This document shows positions 1-9,527 of a DNA stretch of 64,000 nucleotides, piece by piece (the stretch's first letter is position 1; each line of letters starts with the position of its first letter). Both the position numbers and the translations under genes were made by a program. The stretch is from Parcubacteria group bacterium Gr01-1014_38 (GTDB lineage: Bacteria > Patescibacteriota > Andersenbacteria > UBA10190 > CAIZMI01), in the NCBI GenBank assembly GCA_007376145.1, contig VMFP01000004.1, positions 70,988-134,987 of the forward strand, in the 5' to 3' direction. The notes below the pieces were generated by a model, which did not search any database, was not told where the DNA came from, and saw only the letters and a program-made list of their open reading frames with translations.

Positions 1-994
1 CATCTTGCGTTCCTCCAGATCGGAAGAGAAGAGCGGTTCGCGTACGTCGGAGGAGAAGCCGCAGCACGCCGAAAACTGCGAAGAGGCTCACCCACCACGA
101 TGATGCTTTTACAAGTCGTGGGAGAACGGCCTGCTGCGGGTCCTCCCGCACATCCTTCTGAAGAGCGGCGGGATGTTTCCAGAGCGTGGTCCACCCGGTA
201 ATGTCGAGCAGGCTGTACACGCGTGACGGCATATCCCGCAGGCGTGTTCCGTACCCGCAGTCTTCGAGGCAGCGAAAATATGTGGGATTCCACAGCTTGC
301 CGAATGTCTTCGTAGCGAGCACAAGCCAGGGCGACATACAGAGAATCGTCACCCCGCCGATCGCGAGAACCGTCCGCCAGGGAACACGAAGACGAAGAAG
401 TGGGAGAAGAACGACCAGCGCGAGCATGCTCTCATAGCGTGTAAGCGCAAGCGCAGCGAAAATGACGCCTGTGATCACGACCCAGGCACGCGTCTTCCGC
501 ACGGACACCGCACAGAAGTTTGCCAGACTAAGAAGAAAGAGAAACGTGGTATCGGCAAGCTCGCGGATCCCGTTGCCGAGAAGCACCGGATGCACAAGAC
601 CGACAAACAGCAGAAGCGCAAACGGAAGCGACGCAAGTTTCAAACGTCTTCCGATGGCATACAGAACGACCGGCGTCAGCATATACGCGAGCACACTGAT
701 GGTGCGGGCAACGGCAACCGGATCGTCAGAAAACGTGCGGCCGAGAAGGATGAGGACGGAATACAGCGGGAGCCGTTTCTCATCGCTGGGAAAGGTTCCC
801 TGCGCGAGAAAATCCGCCATGACAATAAAATTGAAGGTGTCGCCCGCCGGCATGACGCGCGATCGCGCCGCAAATGTTCCGGCAGCTGCAGCAGCCACCA
901 GAAAGAGCGCAATCCCGATGCAGATATCGCGCACCCATGCCGGTTGCCAGCGACGCGGATCCGCTACGCGGATGAGCACATCCGATGGTGTCAT
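1..994 (-). CDS. GT-C fold membrane glycosyltransferase (PMT/ArnT-like), 3' end runs off the window
   Basis: Not in the ORF track because no stop lies in the window. ATG at 994 overlaps the upstream stop (ATGA). Translation MTPSDVLIRVADPRRWQPAWVRDICIGIALFLVAAAAAG...PAGDTFNF...EKRLPLYSVLILL shows a TM helix, an acidic first loop, then many TM segments. Confidence 0.7.
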   Translation of the reverse strand, partial: MTPSDVLIRVADPRRWQPAWVRDICIGIALFLVAAAAAGTFAARSRVMPAGDTFNFIVMADFLAQGTFPSDEKRLPLYSVLILLGRTFSDDPVAVARTISVLAYMLTPVVLYAIGRRLKLASLPFALLLFVGLVHPVLLGNGIRELADTTFLFLLSLANFCAVSVRKTRAWVVITGVIFAALALTRYESMLALVVLLPLLRLRVPWRTVLAIGGVTILCMSPWLVLATKTFGKLWNPTYFRCLEDCGYGTRLRDMPSRVYSLLDITGWTTLWKHPAALQKDVREDPQQAVLPRLVKASSWWVSLFAVFGVLRLLLRRTRTALLFRSGGTQD

Positions 995-3387
995 GCTTCC
1001 GTGAGGTGAAACGCGCGTCTGGCGCGCCACATCCACAAAGAGAGTCCAAGCGTACTTCCAAGACTTACCAGACCGGAAAGAAGCACGGCGGGCGGTGCAT
1101 AGCGGAGATGAACGGTGACCTGTCCGGCTGGTACCGGCACGGCGGTGAGAAACATATACGCGCGCTGCGGTGCTACTGCTTTTCCGTTGACCGTCGCACG
1201 AAAACCCGGATAGGAGAGTTGAGAGAACAGCAATGCACCATCCGCGGGGACCGTTCCCGAAACTCTCCATACTCCCGGAGCCGGAGAAACACTGTCGAGG
1301 CGAACATCGGACTGCAGCGCGCGCACATGGGCAACACGCTCCGGAAGTTCTTCCGGTGAAGGATCAGCAATCACTGTATCGGTAAACGAAACGCGCGGCA
1401 ACGGGTTTGGCACCGCATGAATGAACACATGCGTCACGTAGTCCGGTCGCCACTCCAGGTGACGAGCTTTCTGCAGCAATCCCGAGAAAAACCCGTAGAC
1501 CTCGAAGGAGCCGGGAAATGGATCCCACGGAATGTCCGTGAGGAGAGGAAGAGATGGAACGGGCTTTGCGGCCAACAGATACTCCACACCGGTCAGTTGA
1601 AGGAAGCGAAGAAAGAACGGTGAAAATGTTCCTGTTTCCCACGGCTGAACGGCGGCGATCGTCGGCTGGCTCTGAATCCCCGGCAGAAACCACCCCAGTT
1701 CTGCAGGGCCAACAACTGCGAGGTTGTATGCCGGCGCAAGAAAGTCCAAGCATGGTCCCGGCCACATCGCAACATCGGGAAGACAGAACACACGCGTGGG
1801 GCGATCGCGTTCCCCGAACTGTTCGCGTACGAACTGAAATTGCGGCATGCGCGTGCGCTCAATTTTCCCCGCCTTGGGAATCGTGAATTCAGACCAGGAA
1901 AGCCCGCGAGCAGGATCGCTTCGAGCCTCTTGAATACGCTCCGGCTTCCAGATGGCAGTCAGGCCGAACGCTGCGAATAACACGACGCCTCCCGCTCCCC
2001 ACGCAATGCCGCGCGTCCGCCGATGCAGTACAAGTGATTGCAGCCGCGGAAACGAGAGACGGCGTATACCCCACCGAAGCACACGTCCAGAGCACCGCAG
2101 AATGGCATCAATACCCACACCGGAAAATATCGTGAGCGGCATCAGCAAGATCGCACCAACGACCGGAAAGACCCCGGCATGATCAAACAACGGAAAGCAA
2201 CACCACGCGATGTTGAAGAACAGCCCGCGAACAAAGAGATTTGCCAGCAGCAGAAACAAGACGCTGTGATGAACGGCAAGAGTGGAGCGGCGCCATGAGG
2301 AAACAACAAGCGCAGCACTCATGCCAACAAAAGCGAGGAGAACAAATGATTCCTTTGGCGCGTACGGAACGCCAAAGTACGCTGGCGACGATTGTTCCGG
2401 AAGAAGACGCTTCCCGAGCGGCCCGGTGAGCGTCACGCGGAAAAATTCTTGCGCGGTGAGATCACGAATGCGCCATCCGCCGACCGGATTCCATCGCCCT
2501 TCCCCCACACGACCGGTGAGGCGTGACTTCTCTCCCTGCGCGCGCGCGAGTTCGACTGACGCGACATGTTCCGGAGCGACCACCAGAAAGGCAACGAGCA
2601 GGCAGACCGTACCCCCGAAAAGAAGACGCACAATTGGCCGCCACGTGCGTTGTGCCGCATGACGAATAACCTCCACCATCGCGAGAATCGTCGCGCCGAG
2701 AAGGGCAACCACGGCGACCGTCGGCACATTGATCATCAGAAAGGCTACGGGAATACCCGCGAGCGCTGCGTCTCGCACTGCGCGCGTCTTCAAAAACTGC
2801 ATGAGCATTGCCCAGAACCACGGAAGCCACGCGTAGGCAATCGCATAGGTCACATGAATCTCGAAGCCGAAGCGGCGAAAGACCCAGGGATTGAAGATGA
2901 ATGGAACAGCCGCAAGCAGCGCGCCCGGGACGGATACGCCGGCGCGCCGCACAAGAAGATACGCCCCGACGGCACCAACCACCATGTGCGCAATAACAAG
3001 AACCGTGACGCCTGTTGCGGCGTCACGAACGAAAAGCGTCAGGGTGGTCAGCGGAGAAAAATATGCAACATAGGGATTGGCGAGCGTGGGCAATCCAACG
3101 CCCAGCGTATTCATCCAGAGCGGTGCTTGGCCTGCCCGAATGCTGTCTTGGTAAGCGCCAACGTACGGCTCGAGGATGGCGTTCGCCGTCGCCTGCGTGA
3201 GCGTTTCCGTACGCGGATTCACCACATGAAGAAAAAATCCGGCGATGAGTGCGGCGAGTGCCAACAGAACAATCCATTCACGTCGCATATATTGCCAAAA
3301 CGGAACCAGAAGGAGCGTAAACAGCACCCACGGAACAAGCAGTACCGTTCCTAGGAGAAGGTGATCAAGCAGCTGCATCCACCACAT
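991..3387 (-). CDS. YfhO-family membrane protein (GT-C fold)
   Basis: N-terminal GQAPLWMNTLGVGLPTLANP, many TM helices, C-terminal YPGFRATVNG...AVPVPAGQVTVHLRYAP typical of YfhO. Confidence 0.75.
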   Translation of the reverse strand: MWWMQLLDHLLLGTVLLVPWVLFTLLLVPFWQYMRREWIVLLALAALIAGFFLHVVNPRTETLTQATANAILEPYVGAYQDSIRAGQAPLWMNTLGVGLPTLANPYVAYFSPLTTLTLFVRDAATGVTVLVIAHMVVGAVGAYLLVRRAGVSVPGALLAAVPFIFNPWVFRRFGFEIHVTYAIAYAWLPWFWAMLMQFLKTRAVRDAALAGIPVAFLMINVPTVAVVALLGATILAMVEVIRHAAQRTWRPIVRLLFGGTVCLLVAFLVVAPEHVASVELARAQGEKSRLTGRVGEGRWNPVGGWRIRDLTAQEFFRVTLTGPLGKRLLPEQSSPAYFGVPYAPKESFVLLAFVGMSAALVVSSWRRSTLAVHHSVLFLLLANLFVRGLFFNIAWCCFPLFDHAGVFPVVGAILLMPLTIFSGVGIDAILRCSGRVLRWGIRRLSFPRLQSLVLHRRTRGIAWGAGGVVLFAAFGLTAIWKPERIQEARSDPARGLSWSEFTIPKAGKIERTRMPQFQFVREQFGERDRPTRVFCLPDVAMWPGPCLDFLAPAYNLAVVGPAELGWFLPGIQSQPTIAAVQPWETGTFSPFFLRFLQLTGVEYLLAAKPVPSLPLLTDIPWDPFPGSFEVYGFFSGLLQKARHLEWRPDYVTHVFIHAVPNPLPRVSFTDTVIADPSPEELPERVAHVRALQSDVRLDSVSPAPGVWRVSGTVPADGALLFSQLSYPGFRATVNGKAVAPQRAYMFLTAVPVPAGQVTVHLRYAPPAVLLSGLVSLGSTLGLSLWMWRARRAFHLTEA

Positions 3388-3402
3388 CGCCGCGCGCCGC
3401 TT

Positions 3403-4155
3403 CTAGTGGCGTACCGTTTCCCTTCCCCGCACAGCATCTCGAACGGGCATGCGGAGCGGTAGAGCTGCCTCACGCTGCGCGCGCCCGAGCGTTTCGAGAC
3501 GAAGGCGAACAAGGTATGCCAAATTCTCCCATCCGTGACGGAAGGGCCGGAGTGTGCTTTCTCCACGTCGAAGAGCGTACGGAATATGCGTTTCCCCAAA
3601 TGCGCCGCCGGCAAGTACCACCTTCAGTTTGAATTCTTCCGAAAACGGCATGCTGGGCTGTGTGGGACGAATGACATCCAACAATTCCCGACGAAACACC
3701 CACATACCGGATTGCGTGTCTTGCACGCGCGCCCCAAAAAGAACGCGCGCAGCGCCGGTCAGAAGATGATTCCCGAGTCTGCGGATCCGTGGCATTGCCT
3801 TTCCCTGCAAGGGAAACCTGGAACCGGAAAGACAATCAAGATTTCGATCGAGAAACTCGTTCACAAGGCGCGGCGTGTGTTCTATAGGATATTGTCCATC
3901 ACCATCCATGGTGACAAGAATGTTCGCTCTCGCAGCACGGAATCCTGCTTGATACGCGCGCCCATACCCCGGCTCTTTCTCAAACACGACATGCGCTCCA
4001 TGCGCTCGCGCAATTTCCGCGGTTTGATCTGTCGAATTGTTGTCGACAACAATCACTTCATCCACCGAAGACGGCACCCGCGAAAAGAGACTTTCCAACC
4101 CCCGCTCTTCGTTGTGGCAGGGGATGACAATGCCGATCGTGTTCCCGCGGATCAC
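3403..4155 (-). CDS. GT2 polyprenol-phosphate glycosyltransferase (DPM1-like)
   Basis: IVIPCHNEE, VVDNNSTD, GYG, MDGDGQY, GSRF and DTQSG motifs. Confidence 0.9.
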   Translation of the reverse strand: MIRGNTIGIVIPCHNEERGLESLFSRVPSSVDEVIVVDNNSTDQTAEIARAHGAHVVFEKEPGYGRAYQAGFRAARANILVTMDGDGQYPIEHTPRLVNEFLDRNLDCLSGSRFPLQGKAMPRIRRLGNHLLTGAARVLFGARVQDTQSGMWVFRRELLDVIRPTQPSMPFSEEFKLKVVLAGGAFGETHIPYALRRGESTLRPFRHGWENLAYLVRLRLETLGRAQREAALPLRMPVRDAVRGRETVRH

Positions 4156-4161
4156 GGTGGC

Positions 4162-4167
4162 ACTCTA
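4162..4167 (-). promoter_or_regulatory. -10 element (TAGAGT) 6 nt before the GTG start; leaderless-type promoter
   Basis: Minus strand reads TAGAGT-gccacc-GTG; no Shine-Dalgarno. Confidence 0.5.
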
Positions 4168-4280
4168 TCGTATTTCCCAAATTCTCAAAAGCAGAAGTTT
4201 ACGTCGCGGCGTGCACGCGGTCAAGGCAAGCGCGTTCCGCGTGCGCAAGAAGACGAGTAAACCCTGATCCCTGATCCGAG

Positions 4281-4309
4281 TTGACTGCCGAAAAGAGACA
4301 CCGTAGGGT
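4281..4309 (+). promoter_or_regulatory. sigma70-type promoter TTGACT-17-TAGGGT
   Basis: Near-consensus -35, 17-bp spacer and TAnnnT -10 in the intergenic region upstream of 4449. Confidence 0.5.
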
Positions 4310-4448
4310 ACAGGATACGTTCTTATGCCGTCGCCGAGTGTACTCCAGCGACCGAACCTTCTGGCATGCCGAGGTTGAGAGAGGCGGCTGTTCCGGCGGA
4401 CGCAGATACTCGAAAGTTGTAACCATTTTGGAAGAAATCAAGGAGACG

Positions 4449-5207
4449 ATGGGTGCGACATCTGCGATGACCCGGAAGCAGACCGCCGTACTGTACGACG
4501 ACCTTTTTGATCGCTTTGATGAAGGGGCATTCGCCTTCGCGGTAAAGGAATCAGAACGGTATTACGCCCTTCCGGACGTTCGAGGAAAGCGCTGCCTGGA
4601 TGTGGAGGGTGGTGCAGGAGCCTTCATCTCTCGTCTCTTCCAGGCGGGCGCTCTCGAAGTGCACGGGGTGGATATCGGCGAAAAAAACTGTGTAAGCGTC
4701 CTTCACTGGAATAAACCATGGAAGGATCGGCTCGTCGTGAAGCAGGGCTCGGTAGAGTCCTTGGAGTATCCCGACGGGTTTTTCGACTTCGTGCACAGTG
4801 GCGGTGTCGTCCATCACCTTGTGCAGCCGGAGCAAGGATTCGAAGAACTCGCGCGTGTCACGAAACCGGGCGGGCTCACGGTCATCGGCGTGTATGGTCG
4901 TGGCGGGCTCATGCCATTCACCATTTCGGTTCTCCGACGCATCGCCTCTCTTCTTCCCTACTCGCTGGTGTCACGTGTCGTCTCCTGGTTTTTCTCGAAT
5001 CCGTACAGTCAATATCTTGTGTTGGACTTTCTCTACGTGCCTATTGTGCACCGGTACCGCGAAGAAGACATCCGACGATGGTATGAAGATGCGGGATACA
5101 CAGACATCACGCGTTCGAGACTTCACGCGCGATACACGTATGGATCCCTCTCCGCCCACCTCTTCCATGGAGAGGGATACATCACCCTCCAAGGAAGAAA
5201 GCGTTAG
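4449..5207 (+). CDS. class I SAM-dependent methyltransferase
   Basis: AAGGAG before ATG 4449. Motifs CLDVEGGAG (degenerate motif I), FDFVHSGGVVHH and RVTKPGG. Confidence 0.8.
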   Translation: MGATSAMTRKQTAVLYDDLFDRFDEGAFAFAVKESERYYALPDVRGKRCLDVEGGAGAFISRLFQAGALEVHGVDIGEKNCVSVLHWNKPWKDRLVVKQGSVESLEYPDGFFDFVHSGGVVHHLVQPEQGFEELARVTKPGGLTVIGVYGRGGLMPFTISVLRRIASLLPYSLVSRVVSWFFSNPYSQYLVLDFLYVPIVHRYREEDIRRWYEDAGYTDITRSRLHARYTYGSLSAHLFHGEGYITLQGRKR

Positions 5208-5240
5208 CGGCGTTCCCGCGCACGAAACCTTACGCGCACC

Positions 5241-5792
5241 TTACTCGAACGGCGTGATCTCTGATAAGAGCGGCTGATGCGTATCTTTTTCCGAAACAAT
5301 GAACGGCTCGTTTCCCCACTGAATCCCTAGACTTGGGTCGTTAAAACGCAGGCCGCCTTCACACTCTGGCTTGTAGGGAGCGGTCAGTTTGTACTGCACG
5401 AGCGTGTCGTCTTCTAATGACAGAAACCCGTGAGCGAATCCTTCGGGCATCCATACTATTTTCTTGTTGCTGCCCAGAAGGAATGCGTCCCACTGACCAT
5501 ACGTCGGCGAGGATTTTCTTATATCCACCACTACGTCTTTTATGCTTCCTTGTATGACGCGCACGAGTTTTCCCTGGGCGTACGGTGGTTTTTGGAAGTG
5601 AAGCCCCCGGATGACATTCTTGTGCGATACTGACTCATCATCCTGAACAAACTGCGACGGTATTCCTATGCGTTCAAAATACTCTTTGTTGTAGCTTTCC
5701 AGGAAGTATCCCCGTTCATCCGCATAACTCCGTATGTCAATCTGAAACACTCCCTTCAGCCGTGATTCTTTCACCGAAAACTTTTCTTTCAT
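5241..5792 (-). CDS. rfbC: dTDP-4-dehydrorhamnose 3,5-epimerase (RmlC family)
   Basis: DERGYFLE, RGLHFQ, QGKLVRV, VDIRKSSPTYGQW, PEGFAHGF and SEKD motifs. Confidence 0.92.
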   Translation of the reverse strand: MKEKFSVKESRLKGVFQIDIRSYADERGYFLESYNKEYFERIGIPSQFVQDDESVSHKNVIRGLHFQKPPYAQGKLVRVIQGSIKDVVVDIRKSSPTYGQWDAFLLGSNKKIVWMPEGFAHGFLSLEDDTLVQYKLTAPYKPECEGGLRFNDPSLGIQWGNEPFIVSEKDTHQPLLSEITPFE

Positions 5793-5811
5793 ACACAAAT
5801 GTCCCTGAATG

Positions 5812-6780
5812 TTACTCTACTTCCTTGAGCAGCACGCGTCTTCCCTCTCTGGCTGACACCCGTAAACATTCCATGACCCGTGCCTGCGATACGAGTCCGT
5901 TGTACTCCAAGGGCTTGCCGATCTTCTCAATAAAGTTTCTGAATGCTAGGTCAAACTGGTTTGCGCTTTCCGCATCAATCACTGCTTCGTTCCCTTGGGT
6001 GCTCACGGTGATGTGAGGCCGTACCTCTGGAGGTATGCCGTACGCTCTCCCGACATGAATTTTTCCCTTTGTTCCGATGACCGAATACGTACTCTGGTAG
6101 ACATGGTTGAACCCGAAGAATCCCGTTGCCGTTCTTCCCCTGTCAAATTCCATCAGGAAACTCCCTTCGGTATCGACGTGCGCGTCCCCGCTGAACAGCG
6201 TGCAGGTCGCGGCTCTTGGCTCTCCTGAAAGCATTTTTCTTGCCATGAATACGAGGTACCCTCCCGCGTCATTGAGTGCCCCTCCCCCCAGCTCACTCTT
6301 GTACCGTATGTTATCACCCGCGAATGGGGAGTAGCAGTAGAAAGAACTGAAATGTCTTGTTTCTCCGATGTCTCCGTTTCTCGTCACGGACACAACCTTT
6401 TCGTGCTGGGGGTGGTGGTCGACCACGTAATTTTCGACCAGCAACACGCCGTGTTCCCTGCATGTCTTCACCATGCTTTTCACTTCTTCGTATGATCCCG
6501 CCAACGCTTTCTCGCACAGCACATGCTTCCCTGCCCTTGCCGCTTTCTCGACCCATTCTTTGTGCAGTCCAACGGGGAGGGGAATATACACTGCGTCAAT
6601 ATCATTCCTTTGGAGAAGCGAATCATAACTCTCATGATCGCACCCATATTCTTGAGCCCACTCCTTCCCTTTTTGGCCTCGGCTCGCCAGGGCGACAAGA
6701 CTTGCGGTTCTTTGTATTGAACCAATCGCATACTTCCTTGCTATACTTGCGCACCCGAGGACGCCGAATCGTACACGCAT
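5812..6780 (-). CDS. Gfo/Idh/MocA oxidoreductase, probable NDP-hexose 3-ketoreductase
   Basis: GVLGCASIA, DAVYIPLP, GKHVLCEK, GGGALND; lies next to a 2,3-dehydratase. Confidence 0.85.
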   Translation of the reverse strand: MRVRFGVLGCASIARKYAIGSIQRTASLVALASRGQKGKEWAQEYGCDHESYDSLLQRNDIDAVYIPLPVGLHKEWVEKAARAGKHVLCEKALAGSYEEVKSMVKTCREHGVLLVENYVVDHHPQHEKVVSVTRNGDIGETRHFSSFYCYSPFAGDNIRYKSELGGGALNDAGGYLVFMARKMLSGEPRAATCTLFSGDAHVDTEGSFLMEFDRGRTATGFFGFNHVYQSTYSVIGTKGKIHVGRAYGIPPEVRPHITVSTQGNEAVIDAESANQFDLAFRNFIEKIGKPLEYNGLVSQARVMECLRVSAREGRRVLLKEVE

Positions 6781-6782
6781 TT

Positions 6783-8051
6783 TTACACTGGAACCCTCTC
6801 GATGACTCTGGGTTTTGGAATAGCGATGAGGTATTTGCCCCCCGCCTCGCTGAAATGTTTTGTCTTCCGCATGATTTCGTCAGCAAAATTCCAGGCCAGG
6901 ATGAGTAGGTAATTCGGCGGCTCTTCTGCCAGACGATCGCTGGAGACGATCGGAATGTTTGTTCCCGCATAGATGAGGCCGTGCTTGTCCTTCGTGTCAT
7001 CGACAATGTACGGCAGGTCTTGTTCCGTCAGGCGGCAATAGTTCACGAATGTGTTTCCTTTCACCGGCGCTCCGTAGCCTGCAATTGTTTCTCCGCGAGC
7101 GTGTACACGGTCAATGCATTCTCGTGTTTCCTTGCGTATCACTGCGGCATTTCGTTCCAGTTGTAGATAGCTTTCGGGATTGAGCAGCCCGTTTTCTCTC
7201 TCCTGCCGCAGATATCCTTCTACGACATCTTCCTGTACGGGCATGCGTTTGTTGCTGCTCTTCACTGCCGTTACTCGGATGCTTCCGCCATGGATGTTTG
7301 CGAATTCTTCCACGTTGCTGATGTTCATATCATGCATCGAGAACAGCCGTTCAAGCGGACTGACCAGGTAGTACGAGTGGTGTTCATGGAGGATGGTGTC
7401 GAATTCTTTGTGTTGGAGAAGATTCTTTGCGTAGCTTGCTTCCATCACGAAGACTCCATCATCGGACATGGCTTTTTTCGCTCCTTCAATGAACCCGTGA
7501 ACGCCATCGATGTGAGCGAACACATTTGTTGCGGTCACCACATCCATTGTTCCTTTTCTGCGCACGACTTCTTCCGCACTCTGGCTGTCCCAGAATGCGC
7601 AGATGGTCTCTATTCCTTCAGCTCTCGCTTTCTCAACGAGTTTTTCCGCAGGATCAACTCCGATGCACTCATAGCCCTGCTTCCTGAATTCTTTAAGCAG
7701 GCATCCGTCATTACTTGCGATGTCCAGGACTTTCAGTCCTTCCTGTCCGCCGAATAATTCTTTGAGGCTTCCCGCCATCCGGTAACAATGTTCCTGGAAC
7801 GTTTTCGATACGGATGAATTATAGGGATAGCTTGATGAGAACAAGTATGCTGGCTTAACGATGACTCCCAGCTGTGACAGCCCGCAGTCTCTACACAGGT
7901 TCACTGATAAAGGGATTTTTTTGTCGTGCTCCTCTCCCGGCTTCTTAAAAGCCGTTGCGACAGGCATCTCACCAAAGTCGATGTACTTCAGAAGATTCCG
8001 GGAATCACAAATTCTGCAGCTCGTCCGCTCCCAATACATGTTCGCATTCAT
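6783..8051 (-). CDS. NDP-hexose C-methyltransferase (Zn-binding N-terminus, TcaB9/EryBIII/NovU-like)
   Basis: CRIC...CRDC Zn site, LDIASNDG, NVFAH, HEH, HGGSIR, GYGAPVKG, LAWNF. Confidence 0.9.
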   Translation of the reverse strand: MNANMYWERTSCRICDSRNLLKYIDFGEMPVATAFKKPGEEHDKKIPLSVNLCRDCGLSQLGVIVKPAYLFSSSYPYNSSVSKTFQEHCYRMAGSLKELFGGQEGLKVLDIASNDGCLLKEFRKQGYECIGVDPAEKLVEKARAEGIETICAFWDSQSAEEVVRRKGTMDVVTATNVFAHIDGVHGFIEGAKKAMSDDGVFVMEASYAKNLLQHKEFDTILHEHHSYYLVSPLERLFSMHDMNISNVEEFANIHGGSIRVTAVKSSNKRMPVQEDVVEGYLRQERENGLLNPESYLQLERNAAVIRKETRECIDRVHARGETIAGYGAPVKGNTFVNYCRLTEQDLPYIVDDTKDKHGLIYAGTNIPIVSSDRLAEEPPNYLLILAWNFADEIMRKTKHFSEAGGKYLIAIPKPRVIERVPV

Positions 8052-8061
8052 AGAGAACTTC

Positions 8062-8085
8062 TGTATGCTAGGATCCTAGCATACA
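8062..8085. promoter_or_regulatory. perfect 24-bp palindrome TGTATGCTAGGATCCTAGCATACA between divergent start codons
   Basis: The sequence is its own reverse complement and carries TATGCT on both strands. Confidence 0.7.
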
Positions 8086-9518
8086 TGAGAGCCGACCTTT
8101 CTGCATCACCACACCTGGCAGCGACGGAACCGAGGGGAAAAACGAGGGACGGATTCCTTGGTTCCGAACTCACCCTCGATAATAGATTCCAGACGCTTGC
8201 TGATTTTCTTCGGTGGTTCGAATCGCGGAAGAAGGCTCACCCGTTCGTGGTACGGCGGGTTCCTCTTAACACGCTTGACCAGTGGCGTTTTGATTCGCGG
8301 ATGACATGTTTCGGCCATGCATCTGGGAAATTCTTCGCGATTAAGGGCTTGAGAGTTTCCCTGAACGGTGAGGAGTGGGACCAGCCAATTATTGATCAGC
8401 CGGAAATCGGCATTCTGGGAATCATCACCAAGAAATTTGATGGCGTACGATATTTCCTGATGCAGGCGAAGATGGAGCCGGGCAACATCAACTTGATGCA
8501 GCTTTCCCCCACTGTTCAGGCCACGCGGAGCAATTACACTCGGGTTCATCAGGGCTCACTCCCAAAATATCTTGAGTACTTCCTTGACGGGTCAACATCG
8601 CGGGTTCTTGTCGATCACTTGCAGACGGAGCACGGACGCCGGTTTTTGAGAAAGAGGAATAGAAACATGATTGTGGAGGTAGAGAAGGATATTCCGGTGT
8701 ATGAGGACTTCCGGTGGCTGACGCTTGGGGAACTGAAGCAGCTTGTCCGCATGGATAACTTCGTCAACATTGACTCACGGTCTGTTCTTTCCTGCATCAA
8801 CTTCCTTGATGAGAAGCGTGATACGGAAGCAATTGATGACATCTCCGATGGGTTCAAACGGGATATATTCGTTTCCATGATGCAGAGCAACGGTTCGCTC
8901 CACAATATGAATGACATCATCCACTGGTTTACGGACATGAAAGCAAGGACGGAACTCACTACGACAGAAATTCCGCTGAACGCACTGCGTGACTGGACCG
9001 TTACGGACACGGATATCCGCCATCACGCCGATCGGTTCTTCACAGTGATCGGCGTTTCCGTGGTGGCCGGTAACCGGGAAGTTGGCAGTTGGATGCAACC
9101 GCTCATCCAGTGCCATTCGCACGGACTCATCGGATTCCTTGTGAAAAAAATCAACGGCACTGCGCATGTTCTTGTCCAAGCCAAGGCGGAACCTGGAAGC
9201 TTCACGGTTGTTGAATTGGTTCCCACCGTTGAATGTGATGATACCGAGGAGAGAATAAAGCGCAGGTCCGCTCCGCCATTTGCAGAATTTCTTCTGAACG
9301 CTCCCTCGGACCGTCGGAGATTTGATGCATTCCAGAGTGAAGAGGGCGGCCGGTTCTATCACTGTCAAAACCGCTGCATGATCGTTGAGACTGATGAAGG
9401 ATTCCCTATTCCCCCGAATTACACATGGATGACGTTAAACCAAATCATGTCCCTCATCCCGCACAATTACTTCAACATTGATGCGCGGAACCTTCTCACC
9501 TACCTCCGCCTGCAATAG
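8085..9518 (+). CDS. NDP-hexose 2,3-dehydratase (EvaA/SpnO/TylX3-like, two repeated domains)
   Basis: HASGKFF, WDQPIIDQPEIGILG, QAKMEPGN, QLSPTVQATRSNY, SEEGGRFY. Start set at ATG 8085 to avoid overlapping the divergent gene. Confidence 0.9.
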   Translation: MRADLSASPHLAATEPRGKTRDGFLGSELTLDNRFQTLADFLRWFESRKKAHPFVVRRVPLNTLDQWRFDSRMTCFGHASGKFFAIKGLRVSLNGEEWDQPIIDQPEIGILGIITKKFDGVRYFLMQAKMEPGNINLMQLSPTVQATRSNYTRVHQGSLPKYLEYFLDGSTSRVLVDHLQTEHGRRFLRKRNRNMIVEVEKDIPVYEDFRWLTLGELKQLVRMDNFVNIDSRSVLSCINFLDEKRDTEAIDDISDGFKRDIFVSMMQSNGSLHNMNDIIHWFTDMKARTELTTTEIPLNALRDWTVTDTDIRHHADRFFTVIGVSVVAGNREVGSWMQPLIQCHSHGLIGFLVKKINGTAHVLVQAKAEPGSFTVVELVPTVECDDTEERIKRRSAPPFAEFLLNAPSDRRRFDAFQSEEGGRFYHCQNRCMIVETDEGFPIPPNYTWMTLNQIMSLIPHNYFNIDARNLLTYLRLQ

Positions 9519-9527
9519 AAACCGAAA

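Noticed and set aside
4594-4620. Degenerate SAM motif LDVEGGAG as a sign of pseudogenisation
   Set aside because: The frame is intact with promoter and SD, and the other motifs are conserved; a single substitution is not enough.
7926-8084. N-terminal extension of the 2,3-dehydratase in the ORF track
   Set aside because: It overlaps the divergent C-methyltransferase; ATG 8085 fits better. Extensions at 4281, 16009, 49900, 53384, 55872 and 57975 were trimmed for similar reasons.
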